DNA of 64,000 nucleotides from Selaginella moellendorffii (Eukaryota; Plantae; Lycopodiophyta): assembly GCF_000143415.4 (NCBI RefSeq), contig NW_003314296.1:1587858-1651857 (forward strand). Reading direction: 5' to 3'. Below the pieces are notes generated by a model that made no database searches, was not told the DNA's origin, and was given only the letters and a program-made list of their open reading frames with translations. A program made the position numbers and the translations under genes. This document shows, piece by piece, positions 1-12,425 of the stretch (position 1 is the stretch's first letter; each line of letters opens with the position of its first letter).

Positions 1-161
1 GTGTCTTAGTGATGGAAGCTGGACGCATTGCAGAGTTTGATACCCCCAAGAACCTCCTCAAATTAACAGGCAAGTTATACTCGACGCTATTATGGTTTTA
101 GAATCTTATGTTATGTTTCTTAGATGGACTTTTCTTCAACATGGTCGCTCAGCAAGGTTAA
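1..161 (+). CDS. 3' end of an upstream ABCC/MRP transporter paralogue (gene starts before the window)
   Basis: Reads [22 protein letters not shown], then a GC-AG intron (70-123), then DGLFFNMVAQQG*. Near-identical to 12170-12348. Confidence 0.85.
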
Positions 162-369
162 TATGAGATCTATTTCTTTTAAAATGTCTTATCCAGAAGA
201 GTATAATAAAAGATCACTGTAAAAACTACTATTCAAGCTGGTAGTTTAGTAGATGATACTTTATTATTCAAGTTCACGGTTTTTTTCTAAATTATGCAAG
301 AATACTAACATACCACGAAATTTAATTTAACAAGAGAGTGCTCAATCTTGACTACATTTTTACCCCTTC

Positions 370-716
370 CGATACGTGCACACCTGCGCCACCTCCTGCG
401 CTACCAAGTGATCGCTCCACGCCCATATTGACACCAATGCGCAGCTCATCGGACTGGCATTCTCGCCATTTCTGGCTCTGATGTAAGTGCTGGCAAAACA
501 GCCGAGCTCAATCTTTTCATCCTGGAAGTTCCTTTGTGTTCTTCATCGTTTTTCCTTTTCTTATTTCTAAACTACTCCAGCTTCATGACTGAGGTGAAGA
601 TCAAGAGCATTTGCGTCTTCAGAGGCACTGATGGCAGTCCATCCAAAGAAGCGTTTTCAGTCTTTTTCTCTTCGCTGGGTTTTGCTTAGTGCTGGCTTTG
701 CAGGTTTATAAACCGC
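370..716 (+). pseudogene. Degenerate PITH-domain gene fragment (exon and intron remnants)
   Basis: Matches 14180-14765, e.g. cagcttcatgactgaggtgaagatcaagagcatttgcgtc vs FTTDVKIKSICV, with deletions. Confidence 0.85.
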
Positions 717-880
717 CAGCTCTTCTGGAAGATGGCATCAAACTGTTTGTGTACGCAGGCAAATACGATCTCATTTGCAATTGGCTGGTAAGTTCGTGGA
801 TAAGTTCGTTTTTAAATGCAGGAAACTCTGGATTGATCTGACCAGCAATCTTACGTGGAGGCGAACGTTTAGAAGTTCTC
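717..880 (+). pseudogene. Serine carboxypeptidase-like (S10) fragment with retained intron
   Basis: PALLEDGIKLFVYAGKYDLICNWL, GT-AG intron, then GN. Matches the S10 motif LLEDGIxxLxYAGxYDLICNWLGN. Confidence 0.8.
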
Positions 881-974
881 TAGAATTCTTTGTCGTGGAA
901 TTTTATGTATAAGAACTATAATTACATTTGGGTATTGTGTCGTAGCCCTTTTCCCATTGCTCTTGGATCATCAG

Positions 975-1320
975 GAGACTTCAAGGTTTCAACTTCACGG
1001 TTTGTTTCTTCAGTTTAAGTGCTCGAATCTCAAGCACCGGAAGCACAAAAGCGTGATAGATGTGGAGTTTGATTCAATGGACATAGCTTTGCACTACCGT
1101 GGAGTCGAGCTCGCCGTCCAGCAGTTTCGATTCCCCAGCTTTGTGCTTAGCACACTGTTTTGGCGACAAGGAGGATCGTGGTGAACGAGACGAGCCTAAG
1201 TTGGTGCTTAAAGTGGATGTTGAATCGGGCAAAGTTCCACTCTTGGCGGCAATCCAAGTGGTTTGGAGGAGACATGTTATAAGCTGTGACTTTGGTGAAA
1301 CCAATGCGCAAGATATTGTG
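975..1320 (+). pseudogene. LEA_2/NHL-like gene fragment
   Basis: Decayed paralogue of 12530-13000 (DVEFDSMDIALHYRGVELAVQ; KVDVESGKVPLLAAI), frameshifted. Confidence 0.65.
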
Positions 1321-1516
1321 TTTGATGGCCAACCTTTATTCATAACCTTATAGGTGCCCTAGTTATGCATGATAAATATTGAGCTAAACATAGTTAATAT
1401 CCTTATACTAGAATATTACCTAGAATATTTACTACACGTGGACCTGTCGCGAATGCAGGATAACCTTGGCTACATTTTCTAGGGCTTCCGCTAGAAATAG
1501 CGCGTCGTGCACACCA

Positions 1517-1656
1517 TTGGTCACCGTGCCATGGTAGTACTGCAGACCCACAACATTAACCATGAGACAAGCCACTAGGATCGCTTCCGCCTCCTCCTCC
1601 TCCTGGCCAGAGTCGTCCTCCACTTCCACCACTTCCACTTCCTGTGAAGTGCTCAT
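1517..1656 (-). pseudogene. Truncated 5' end of a HIRAN-domain RAD5/HLTF-like helicase gene
   Basis: MSTSQEVEVVEVEDDSGQEEEEAEAILVACLMVNVVGLQYYHGTVT: acidic N-terminus plus the HIRAN start motif (N[IV]VGLQYYxGT). Cut at the duplication junction. Confidence 0.7.
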
Positions 1657-1686
1657 CCTGTTCTTAAGAAAGAACTAGGGCACATG

Positions 1687-1709
1687 AATAATAATAATAA
1701 TAATAATAA
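1687..1709. repeat. (AAT)n microsatellite
   Basis: aataataataataataataataa. Confidence 0.9.
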
Positions 1710-1734
1710 ACAAAAGATTTAGTGCAAATCCTGT

Positions 1735-4700
1735 CGTGAGTGCATGGAATATGGAAAGGGAATATAGAAATGTGCATATCAATTAGCCCAAAAACCCTAT
1801 CTTATATACAGGAATGAGTGATCCGAATTGAAACCAATCCGACGGCTACCAAAATCCCACTACGCTAATATTAGTATATGACATCGTAGCCGTACACTTG
1901 GCCCTCACATCATCCCCTTTTCTCGGAATAATGGAAGGCCATCAAGGTTCTCTTATAGACAGGCTGGGATCTGGAGGAACGTTAGGAGGAGGCAACGGTG
2001 GATCTGTAGATGGTATTAATTGCTTCTGATCCCTCTGTATGAAGCGTTTCAACCGCTGTACATGCACTATCTCTGGTGGATCGGTTTGTTGGACGTCATG
2101 CTGAACCTCATAAACTTGTGGTCCAACTTGCCGCAACACCCGATATGGTCCTTTCCACAGCGCAAGGAGTCCCTTAAATAAACAACGTACCGTAAGATGG
2201 GGAAAACAGATTAACACCAAATCATCCACTTTGTACTCCGTAGGTGGACAATGATGGGAGTTGTAGCGCCGTTGTTGTCCCACTTGTATGCGGCCTAAAT
2301 GTTCAGTAGACTCTGCTCGGATAAGTGGAAGAATGTTTGTCAAATATTGATCCCATGACCTAGCATCAGGAGTTCATGGCAATCACGAAGGTAAACCCAA
2401 CTTTGTTGGTAATATTGGATCATGACCATATAAGAGTTTATATGGTGAAGCACCAACAAAACTCTACACCCCTGTGACATAGGCATACCGAAGAGACGGC
2501 AAATAACCATCTCAATCCAAATGCTAAAAGTTCATATACCTTGCAATCATCCCTTTGAATGTCCGAACGAGCCGTTCTACCAAACCGTCTAATTATGGAT
2601 GATAAGCACTCATGAAAGTGTGGCGTATCCCCAACCGAGATGTCAAAACATGAAATGCCTCAGCCATAAATGCAGGACCATTATCCGAAAGAATCTGCTC
2701 TGGACAAGAATGCTGGAACACCACTCGATTAAGAAGGAAGTATCCAACAGTAGTTGCCAAGGCACTAGCAAAAGCACCAACTTCCACCCAACGAGTTAAG
2801 TAGTCATAAGCAATAATAACATACTCATTACCAGCAGTCGACCGTGGAAAAGGTCCCATAAGATCAAATGCCACCAACTCAAATGGACAGGAAACTGCAA
2901 TTGACTCCAACCGTCCTTCCGCAGCACAAGGGGGAGTATTACGAGTTTGGCACCAAACGCAGCTATGCATATACTAGATAATATCACGTCGCATCTCCGG
3001 CCAATAGAAAGACCTGTGTAGCTTCTCGGTCACAGGATGATGTCCTATATGCCCACATAGAACAGAAGAATTATGGTAGGTATGGAGAAACCGTGGAATA
3101 AATATAGAAGGCACCACCAACCATAAATGATCATCAGGATCCGTCCCCACAAAATAAAAAAGGCCATTTTCAAGACGATATTGAGAATGTAAATGCCGAA
3201 AAGGCAAGTCATTAACAAATGATGCAGGATTCTCAAATGCATCTCGAAGCCTTCAAATCCACGGCTCAATCTTTTGAGCCTCACGAACTTCATCAAGAGA
3301 AGGTAGATCATGCTCTGCGCCTTGTGGACACTGAATGTCAAGTACAGCAACTGCCGACGGCACAAAATCCTCGTCTAGAAAATCCACAGATGCTGGAATA
3401 ACAAGTTCATCAAAAACATGAGAAGAGAGTGGAGAAGGAAGAGGAGCTTGAGAAAGGGCATTAGCATCAGCAATAAAACTCCCTAGGCGATGAACAACAT
3501 CAAAATTATATATCTGAAGCTTTAAAGCCCACCGAGCAATATGACCAACCATGTTCTTTCGCTTCAATAATGAAGTAACAGTAGCATGGTCACCTTCAAG
3601 TAACGTTTGAGAACTATGTAGATATGCATGAAGTTTCTCGAAACCCCAAATTGCCACTAAACACTCCTTCTCTGTCGTGGAGTAGTTCATCTCTGCTGGT
3701 TGTAATGTACGGCTTATATATGCAATGGGATGACGCTGACCAGGCACATTCGGGCTTTCTTGCATCAACACACCTCCAAGACCAATATCAGAAGCATCGA
3801 CGCGCAAAATAAAAAGTCAAGTGTAGTCAGGATATGCCAAAACTGGAGGAGTCATTAACAGCTCTTTTGAGATCCACAAACACCCACTCACAATCTGAAG
3901 ACCAGATGAAAGATGACGTTGATGACTTCAGCAACACTCACAACGGTGTAGTGCGATCAGAAAGATGATCCACAAAACGACCGAGATACTGCACCTTGCC
4001 CAAGAAGTGCTGCACATCATTTACACACTTCGGAGTAGGAAACTTTAGAACGGCTAGAAGTTTGTCAGGATCAACTTGCAAACCTTCGCGACAAATATGG
4101 TACCCAAAATAAGTTGTGTCCTTGGACCCAAACACGCACTTCGACCGCTTCAACTTTAAACTAATGTCCCGTAGCCGATCCAACACTTTACACACATCAC
4201 GAATGTGCTTTTCCCACGTCCCTTCCGAGTGAATCAAGACATCATCAATGAAGTTAGTAGTCACCTCGGGCATATCATAAAGAACTTCGTCCATCATCCG
4301 TTGGAAAATTGCTGGAGCATTGTTCAAACCAAATGGCATCACCAAGAACTCGTACAAACCAAACGGTGTACGAAAAGCAGTCTTAGGAATATCTTCTTTG
4401 GCCATCGGTACTTGCTAGTACCCAGAAGCAAGATCTAGCTTGATGAACCAACGACTTTGCCCTAGACGATCCAAGAGATCAGCAATGTGAGGAAGAGGGT
4501 ACACATCCGGGATCGTCACTTCATTTAACGGATGATAGTCAATGCAGAAACAAATACTCCCATTGGGCTTCATCACAAGATGAAGTTCACATGCCCAAGG
4601 ACTCCGCGACTTCTGAATAACACCCTTCTCCAACATCTCCTTGACGTTTGCATGTAAAATTTTGATCTCCTTGGGTGACCGACGACGAACAGGAACCTTG

Positions 4701-6747
4701 ATTGGACGACCATCCCTGGTTGGAATTGGATGACGTGTGGCAATCTTGGCCCTAGACGATAGGTCAAATTCAAATAAATCAGAATACTCCTTCATGAGCC
4801 GGTCAATAGCTGCAACACAAAGATCATTGGAGGGATCGGAAAAGGGAAGAGCAGAACAAAATGCAAATATAGGAGGAAATAGTGGGAGAACAAAAGTAAT
4901 GGAAGTAGAGGTAGAAGTAAAGGGACGAAGAGGTACGGAAGTGAGAGGAATGGATGAAACATAAGAAAGTATGAGACAAGGGGGAGAAACCTCAAAGTCA
5001 TATTTGGCATGATTGCGCTGCAACCAATCCATACCAAGAATGAGGTCAAAAGCTTGACTCGGCACTACCCACAACAACTGCAACTCAAGCTCAAAATCGC
5101 CTACACGCACAACCAGGTCCGCCTCATCTCATGCATATGCATGTGTATGGCCGTTGCCATAAAGAATGAAAATTGGATCTGCCGCACGACGCAAGTGTAA
5201 ACAACAACGTGTGGCAACAGGTCAAGCAATAGAAGATAAACTCGAACCTATATCAACTAACACGGAGAGAATAATAGGAAACCTCTTGTTATAAAAATAA
5301 GCTTGGAAAGTAAGCATTGGATGAACCAGTGCCGAGTGAACCCTTTGATGGTACTCCCGAAAGAAAGATGGAGGGGTCATTAACTTATTCGCACAAGGTC
5401 CCTTCGTTACTTGCGCAACTCCTCGTTTCCCGGATGCACCTCGGTGTCAAAACCTTCCACTGCAGCAACACCAACAGGACGTTGCTGACGCCAAGGTTTC
5501 CACCTAGGAAATGGAGGTCACCAATCCGGAAAGCGCCGACAACGCCGATAAGTATGACCAACTTCATCACACGCCCAGCAATGAACATCACGGCCACGAC
5601 CACGTCCTCGCCCGTGTCCTTGGATTCGAGTAGCAGCAACATCAACCTCCATTGGAACAGGACCATCATTCATAGGAAGTGGAGCTGAAGGATGTGTAGC
5701 GAGAAGTGGAAGAGACAACGTCTCATAACGTTGTGCCAAGTGGCGAGCACTATCAAGGGTTGCAGGAGCAAGTGCATGCACAAGTCCGACAAGATTTTGA
5801 CGAAGTGCTGGCCACAACATTCCTAGCTTGATCCGCTCCGATATATTGGGCTATTGGATGAAACAAAAAACTTCGGAAACGAACACCAAATTGCATCATC
5901 GACTCAGATGGCCTTGGCAAAGATGGTGCAATTGTTGGAAGGCATCATCACAGTCGTCGGCATGTCCGAAAACATGTTTGAAGATGTCCGAAAGAACACT
6001 CCAATCCCCACGAGTGGTTGCGCTCAATCCATTGTATCATTGCAATGCCGTCTCTTGGAGACACGTGGGGAACTCACGCAAACGTCGAGCATCATCCCAA
6101 AAATGATATGTGGCAATCACCGTAAAGTGATCGAACCAATAGTACACATCATCCCTAGGATTCCCACGAAAGAACTCCGGCCAAACGCGAGGATTGGCAC
6201 CAAGAGCAGGAGGAGTTGGACCACGTGCCGTGAATGCCGCCATCAATTGAGTTTGGTTGTTCAATTGCAAGCGCATAGCATCAAGCAATTGAACCAACTG
6301 TTACTCTAGAGTCAAAGGAGGAGATTGCTAATCTGCCATAAAGATGAACGAAAAAGAAAGAGCAAAAGAAGAGAAATGACAAAAAGCTAGAAGGAAATGG
6401 TAGATCTAGACAATGCAAAAAGCTAGATCTAAACCAAAATCCTAAAAAGAAAGAACAAAAGAAAGGAAATGGAAAAAGCTAGATCTGGACGATACAAAAG
6501 CTAGATCTAAACAGAAATTCCAAATCCAAGCACTCCCCAGAGACAATCGAAGGTGCCCTTCATCTCCACCAATGTGAGTGCATAGAATATGGAAAGGGAA
6601 TATAGAAATGTGCATATCAATTAGCCCAAAAACCCTAGTTTATATACAGGAATGAGTGGTCTGGATTAAAACCAATCCGACGACTACCAAAATCCCACTA
6701 CGCTAATATTAGTATACGGCATCGTAGCTGTACACTTGGCCCTCACA
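1735..6747 (-). mobile_element. Full-length, decayed Ty3/Gypsy LTR retrotransposon (family A, copy A1)
   Basis: 175-bp LTRs at 6573-6747 and 1735-1909 (12 mismatches by my count). PBS TGGTGGAGATG complementary to tRNA-Ala. PPT GAGAAAAGGGGATGA. Flanks ctgt/ttgt. Domain order gag(CCHC)-PR-RT-RH-INT. Confidence 0.95.
1942..6300 (-). pseudogene. gag-pol of A1, broken by stops and frameshifts
   Basis: CWACDEVGHTYRRC knuckle; DLILGMDWL (protease); KTAFRTPFGLYEFLVMPFGL and FIDD (RT); DASDIGLGGVL and NYSTTEKE (RNase H); DLMGPFP and SDNGPAF (integrase); WKGPY. No chromodomain. Confidence 0.9.
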
Positions 6748-6951
6748 TTGTTAAATTAAACATTCTTATAAAATAATAATTATTTAGATTTTAAAAATGC
6801 AAGTAACTTTTTAATCTAATTATAATTAAAAATAAGGCCTGCATTAAGCTTGAGATGCTCCAACTTAAAAAACTTACAATAACAGAATTATTCTGGCAAT
6901 CCTAGAAATTATTATAACATTTTCAACGATAGTTTGGTTTGTAACAAGTTT

Positions 6952-9900
6952 ATGGCATCCAACACAGGGATCTTTTACCAAATGGAGAGCCCAGAGCTAA
7001 AGGCTTCATTTCTAAGCCACTTGACATGGTAGTGGATGGGAGCCATGATCTTGATAGGGAACAAGCATCCTTTGGAGGTAGTCTTAAATTCACAAATCTT
7101 GCCAAAATTTGTGTCTGTCTGTCTACTAGATGAGTGATTTGTATGAGCTTAACCAAGAGGATAAGGCAGAATCTTGTGAACAAAGATGGAATGAATGCTA
7201 TGAGAAAGAGGGGAGCAAAAGGGTGTTGCGAGTGATCTTGAGGTTCCTGGGAGTGAAGTTCTTCCTCTTGTTTACCTTGCGCCCTTTGTGGCTGGCAGCG
7301 CTCATTTTGCAGGTTTTTGAGCAGTAAGCTCTTGGGACCTTTGTAACTTACACCGATCTCTCCCAAGTTTATGTTATTAAGGAGCTCATCCATCGGTCCA
7401 GACCATTTTTGTTCCCGACCGCGTTTGGCCGAAATCCCGACTGCTGCCCGAACGCGGTCGGACAGCCCCGTTCGGTGATTCCGTTCGGGAATCGTGCTTG
7501 CAGGGGCTATATTAACGATGTTGCTGCGGCTAGGTTATCGCCATCGCCACTGCATCTCCACCGCTTTACTGTTCTCCTGACTAGAGAGTGTCGCCCTAGC
7601 TTGGTACGCACGCGGATTCGATGTAGGCTTGCTGTGGATGGATGGATCACTCCATAACAGCAGTCGGCCTCCGCTTTCGATTGAGCATGGAGCAGCTCGC
7701 TGAGGCCTCGCAAATCACCCAGTCCTCCACGACGCTTGAACTGTAATTTTGCCCTCAAATAGAAATTACAATTCTAGAGATTTGATTCTAGCGATTCTAG
7801 CAATTTTTCATGTTCAGAACCAAGCTTGCTAAATGTTTGTGGAGCAAATTGCAAATGCCCTTTTGTCTTTACCTTCTACAACAAATTTACAGAGTAGGCA
7901 TTTTGATAAGGCATTTACTTCTGGAGCTGGTACACAAAGTATTAGTCAATTTTAGCTTATGAGTGCTTCTACAGGCCATGAAGGATCATCTGTTGGTTAA
8001 AAGTGAATGTGAAATGGCAACATTAAGGAAATGTTTGATGACAAAAAACATGAACTTAGATGATGCAATATCAAAGTTCATTTTCTTGAATGCCATACCA
8101 TTTAATGTTGTGAAAAATTTATATTTTCATGCAATGATTGCCACTGTTTGTAGTGCCGGACCTAGTTTTATTAAAAATGTTTTTTTTTAATAAAAAAAAC
8201 TTTGTGAACTGTTTGGCCGTTCGGCATTTTTTTAGCCGGTCAATAACCACGGTCGGGCGGTCGGCTGGTCGGCGTTCGGAACGGTCGGGACCAACCTTGA
8301 TCCAGACTCAAGAGCTCCAAAACATGGAGTGATTTCCTCCTCGCTGCCGGACTGTTCTTCCTGGCACAATCCCAGAGCTTATGCAACATCTGGATGTCCT
8401 TCTATGGCTGGAGATATGGTGTTCGCTTGTGTGCTGCTTTTTCCATGGCTGCTTTCAACAAGGTCTTTGTGCATAATACTCTTTTGCTTCTCTGTTATAT
8501 TAACATTTTGTGATTTATGGAGATGTTGAGCACAAGAACGGCTGAATTTAGTGGATCCTTGGATAGCTTGCTGTTTAATCTTGTCAACAGTGATACCCAA
8601 AAGCTGATTGATTTCTTGTGTATACTTCCTTATGGTATGATATGTAGTTGCAATTGCTTTGCTCTAAACCATTGTGGGACTTGCAGTGGTTTGCTTTCCA
8701 TTCCATTTGCTTGTTGTGAGTTTTTTCTTATATCGAGAAGCAGGCATTACCACACTTGCTGGAGTAGCTTGGACGGTCGTGGTGGGGATATTAATGGTAA
8801 TAAGAATTCCTGATTCTTTTTCCAAATTGCTTACATCATTATTATATTAGTCCTATGTGGCTAAGTATGTGGGGCACTTGGCAAGAAGAAAGCATTCTTA
8901 CACTGATGCTCGAGTGGGAATCCTTTGTGAAACTTTGGCCGGCATTAGAATTATCAAGTTCAATGGTTGGATTCCTTTGTTTATGAAAAAAATCAATAAT
9001 GCTCATGCTGGTGAAATGAAGTGGATTTCCAAGTTGGCTATGATCAGTACAATCATGTATATTTTGAAGGTATGTTTTAGTTTCTCAAGATTCTAATTAT
9101 CATTCTCTATTATTGTTGCAGGATTCATTTGTTCCATTTGCATGCTTATTTGCTTTTGGTGCTTATATCTATCATCATAAAATGCTTGACATGACAATAG
9201 CTTTTGTTGTCCTATCTTTCTTCAGTATTCTTGCAAGGGATAGCATATATTTCATTTATGGTATGGTTTCTATAAAACAAAACATCTCACTGAATGAAAA
9301 AATCTGATTTGCAATTGAAAGGTTTGCCATCAATTTCTAATGCACTAGTAGCTGTGGAGAGACTACAAAAGGTGTTGGACTTGACAAATAGTTTGCAAAC
9401 ATCCAAGTCAAAGGTATGTGCTTAATTTTTTTATATTTATTCTGAATAGTTTATTAATTCAGAATAATTTATTTCTAGAAAACCTCAAACATATTTGCTA
9501 TTGAGCTTTTGGACTGTAATTTTGCTAGAAACATTTCCAAAAGCATTAATCCCAAGCCCATACACATGCAAATTCAGAGGGGTATTCTTGCTGGCTTGAT
9601 CGGTAAAGTGGGAAGTGGTAAGAGTTCTTTGCTATATGGAATTTTAGAAGAACTAAAGGTTGGTTAATTGATGTTGTTTTATAATTTTGGAAGGTAATAA
9701 TTGACTTTGCAGCTAACTCAAGGTTCATTATTTGTGGAAGGAAATATAGCTTATTCCCCACAACAGCCTTGGATATTAAATGATACAATGCGAAATAATA
9801 TTGTCTTTGGCAGCATATTTGATAATAAACGCTATGATAATGTAGTGGCTGCTTGTGCACTTAATCATGACATTTCAATGCTACCTAATGGGAGTGACAC

Positions 9901-12348
9901 TGAAATTGTAAGTTATATGTTATTTATATTCCTAATTTATATTGTGATTTAAAAAGGGGGAAAGAGGGGTAAATTTAAGTGGCAGACAAAAGGCTAGAGT
10001 ATCTCTTGCTCGTGCATGTTATAGTACTGCTCCTATTATTCTTTTGGATGATCCTTTATCTGCTGTTGATGCTTCAACAGCTAAATACATCGTTGATTAT
10101 GTACTAAATGGCATTTTAAAGGGAAGAACAGTAATCATGGCAACACATTCTATTATAAGCTTACAAGCTTGTGATGAAATTTATTTATTAGATACCAACA
10201 ATGGTATTAAGCGCATCTTATCAAGTTCTAAAGATATAAAACGTGAGATGGAGTTGGTATCAGCTAAAACAGAATTAAATGCTAGTCAATATAGTAAGTT
10301 GGACAATTCAAAAGGAGGCATAGTGAAACAAGAGACAATGGAAAGTGGAAATATAAAACTCTCTCATTATTTAGAATATCTACACATAGCTGGTTGGTAA
10401 GTTTTTAAATTAATGATATAGATTTCTATTATATAAATGTACAGGTCAACTTTTTTAATAATTCCCATATTTATTTTGGGGCAAGGAGCACTTCTGATGG
10501 TAGACTATTGGATTCGAATTTGGACAGATAACAAGTATAGTATATCAAAATACACTTATTTGATACTCTTTACGTGCCTTGGTATGTTTGCGATCATTAT
10601 TTCTATTTTGAAGTGTATTATTTTCAACCAAGCATATCTAACTTCTTCAAAGAATATGCATAAGTTAATGGTTGAAAAAGTGTTCCGTTCACCTCTTTTA
10701 TTTTTTGACCAAGTAAGTCCCTAGGTTCATAGCTAAACTAAAGGATAAATTTATATTCAGAATCCAATTGGAAAACTTTTAAATCGCTATAGTAAGGATC
10801 AAGCTATACCAGATGAAACTTTACCATCACAAATCAAGGTTTGATTGCATTATTAATATTTAAATTAACTTAAACTATATTTTATAGCAAGCACTCGAAG
10901 GCATTTATGCTTCTATTGTACTAATTGGAATTCTAATACCATGGTTTTTGCTTACAATTCCACTTGCGTTGGCCATACTTATTTATGTCAGACAACAATA
11001 TATTTCTACAGGCAGTGCACTTAAAAGGTTGGATGCTATTTCTCAGTCACCAATATTTGCACATTTTACAGAAACACTACAGGTAAAATTGAGTATTTTT
11101 TATTTTAAAAATAATACTAACAATGTTTTATTCAAAAGGGAGCGGTTTCTATTAGAGCCTGATAGCTTTTTTTGAATATCAGCTCTACAACTGCTAATGC
11201 TTTGTTTAATAATCAAGTGTTATACTTGTACAAACCTTAAAGATTACTGATGTCCTCCAGATTGCAATCAAATGGACAGTTGAAGCAGAAAGCGTGTTTG
11301 TAAGTGTGGAGAGAATTCTAGAATATTGTCATTTATCTACAGAGGCCACAAATAAATCTGAGCCAAGGATTCTTTCAAGCAATTGGCCTGCTGCGGGGTC
11401 TATTGAGTTTATCAACTCCACATTAGCATACAGGGAAGATCTTCCAGCAGTTTTGAATAACATATCATTTAAGGTAATAATTATTATTGTGTAGTTTAAA
11501 ATTAGCTATTTTTTCCAACAGATTTTCCCATTAGAAAAAATAGGAATTACTGGTGCCGGAAAGTCAAGCTTGGCTGCAGCTATGTTCAGAATGGTTGAGA
11601 ACATGGCTTGTAGTGGAACAATACTTGTGGATGATATTGACATCAAGACCATTGGACTTGATGAATTGAGACAAAGATTGTCAATAATCCCACAGGTAAG
11701 CTTTCAATATAATTCAAATGTCAATGCCTTAGAAGTGTTCACAATGAGCAGGATCCTGTTCTTTTTTCTGGCACATTAAGATTTAACATGGATCCATTTG
11801 GAAAGAACGATGATAGAGAAATTCATGAAGCACTGACAAGAGCGCATTTCTCCAGCACACAGTCGTATAAGAACTTTGACAACGGCTTAGATGGTCAGAT
11901 TACAAGTTCTGGAACAAACTTTAGCGTTGGAGAAAGGCAGCTTCTTTGCCTTGCAAGAAGTTTGCTAAGAAAGTAAGATTGTATTGATTCTACTTCTCAA
12001 CTGATCATAGCTTATTTTTGCAGGTCCAAAATCCTTATTATGGACGAAGCAACTGCAGCAGTAGACAATGACACAGACCAAATCATTCAAGCAACTATTC
12101 GAGCCTCTTTCCAGGATTGCACCGTTCTAACAGTTGCCCATCGCATCCAAACAATTATTGACAATGATCGTGTCTTAGTGATGGAAGCTGGACGCATTGC
12201 AGAGTTTGATACCCCCAAGAATCTCCTCAAATTAACAGGCAAGTTATACTCGATTCTATTATGGTTTTAGAATCTTATGTTATGTTCCTTAGATGGATTT
12301 CTCTTCAACATGGTCGCTCATAATAAAGCAGCTAATGAAAAAGTTTAA
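6952..12348 (+). pseudogene. Short-type (no TMD0) ABCC/MRP ABC transporter pseudogene, multi-exon
   Basis: Lasso motif SPELKASFLSHLTW*WM with an in-frame TAG; Walker A GKVGSGKSS; signature mutated to LSGRQ; LLDDPLSAVD; NBD2 Walker A lacks the usual GR residues ([11 protein letters not shown]); FSVGERQ; MDEATAAVD; hAT insertion in an exon. Confidence 0.9.
7404..8299 (+). mobile_element. Non-autonomous hAT DNA transposon (896 bp)
   Basis: Imperfect 17-bp TIRs (catttttgttcccgacc / reverse complement caaggttggtcccgacc). 8-bp TSD gtccagac/atccagac. Subterminal CGGTCGG/GTTCGG repeats. Transposase remnant AISKFIFLNAIPFNVVKNLYFHAMI at ~8060-8165. Confidence 0.88.
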
Positions 12349-12425
12349 TATGAGATCTATTTCTTTTAAAATGTCTTATCCAGAAGAGTATAATAAAAGA
12401 TCACTGTAAAAACTATATTTACATT

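Larger units (their letters stand above)
1..1516 (+). repeat. Right end of tandem segmental duplicate, copy 1 (paralogous to ~12170-14190)
   Basis: Colinear blocks shared with 12170-14190: ABCC tail, PITH fragment, SCPL fragment, LEA_2 fragment, PITH promoter and start. The two copies carry different deletions. Confidence 0.9.
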
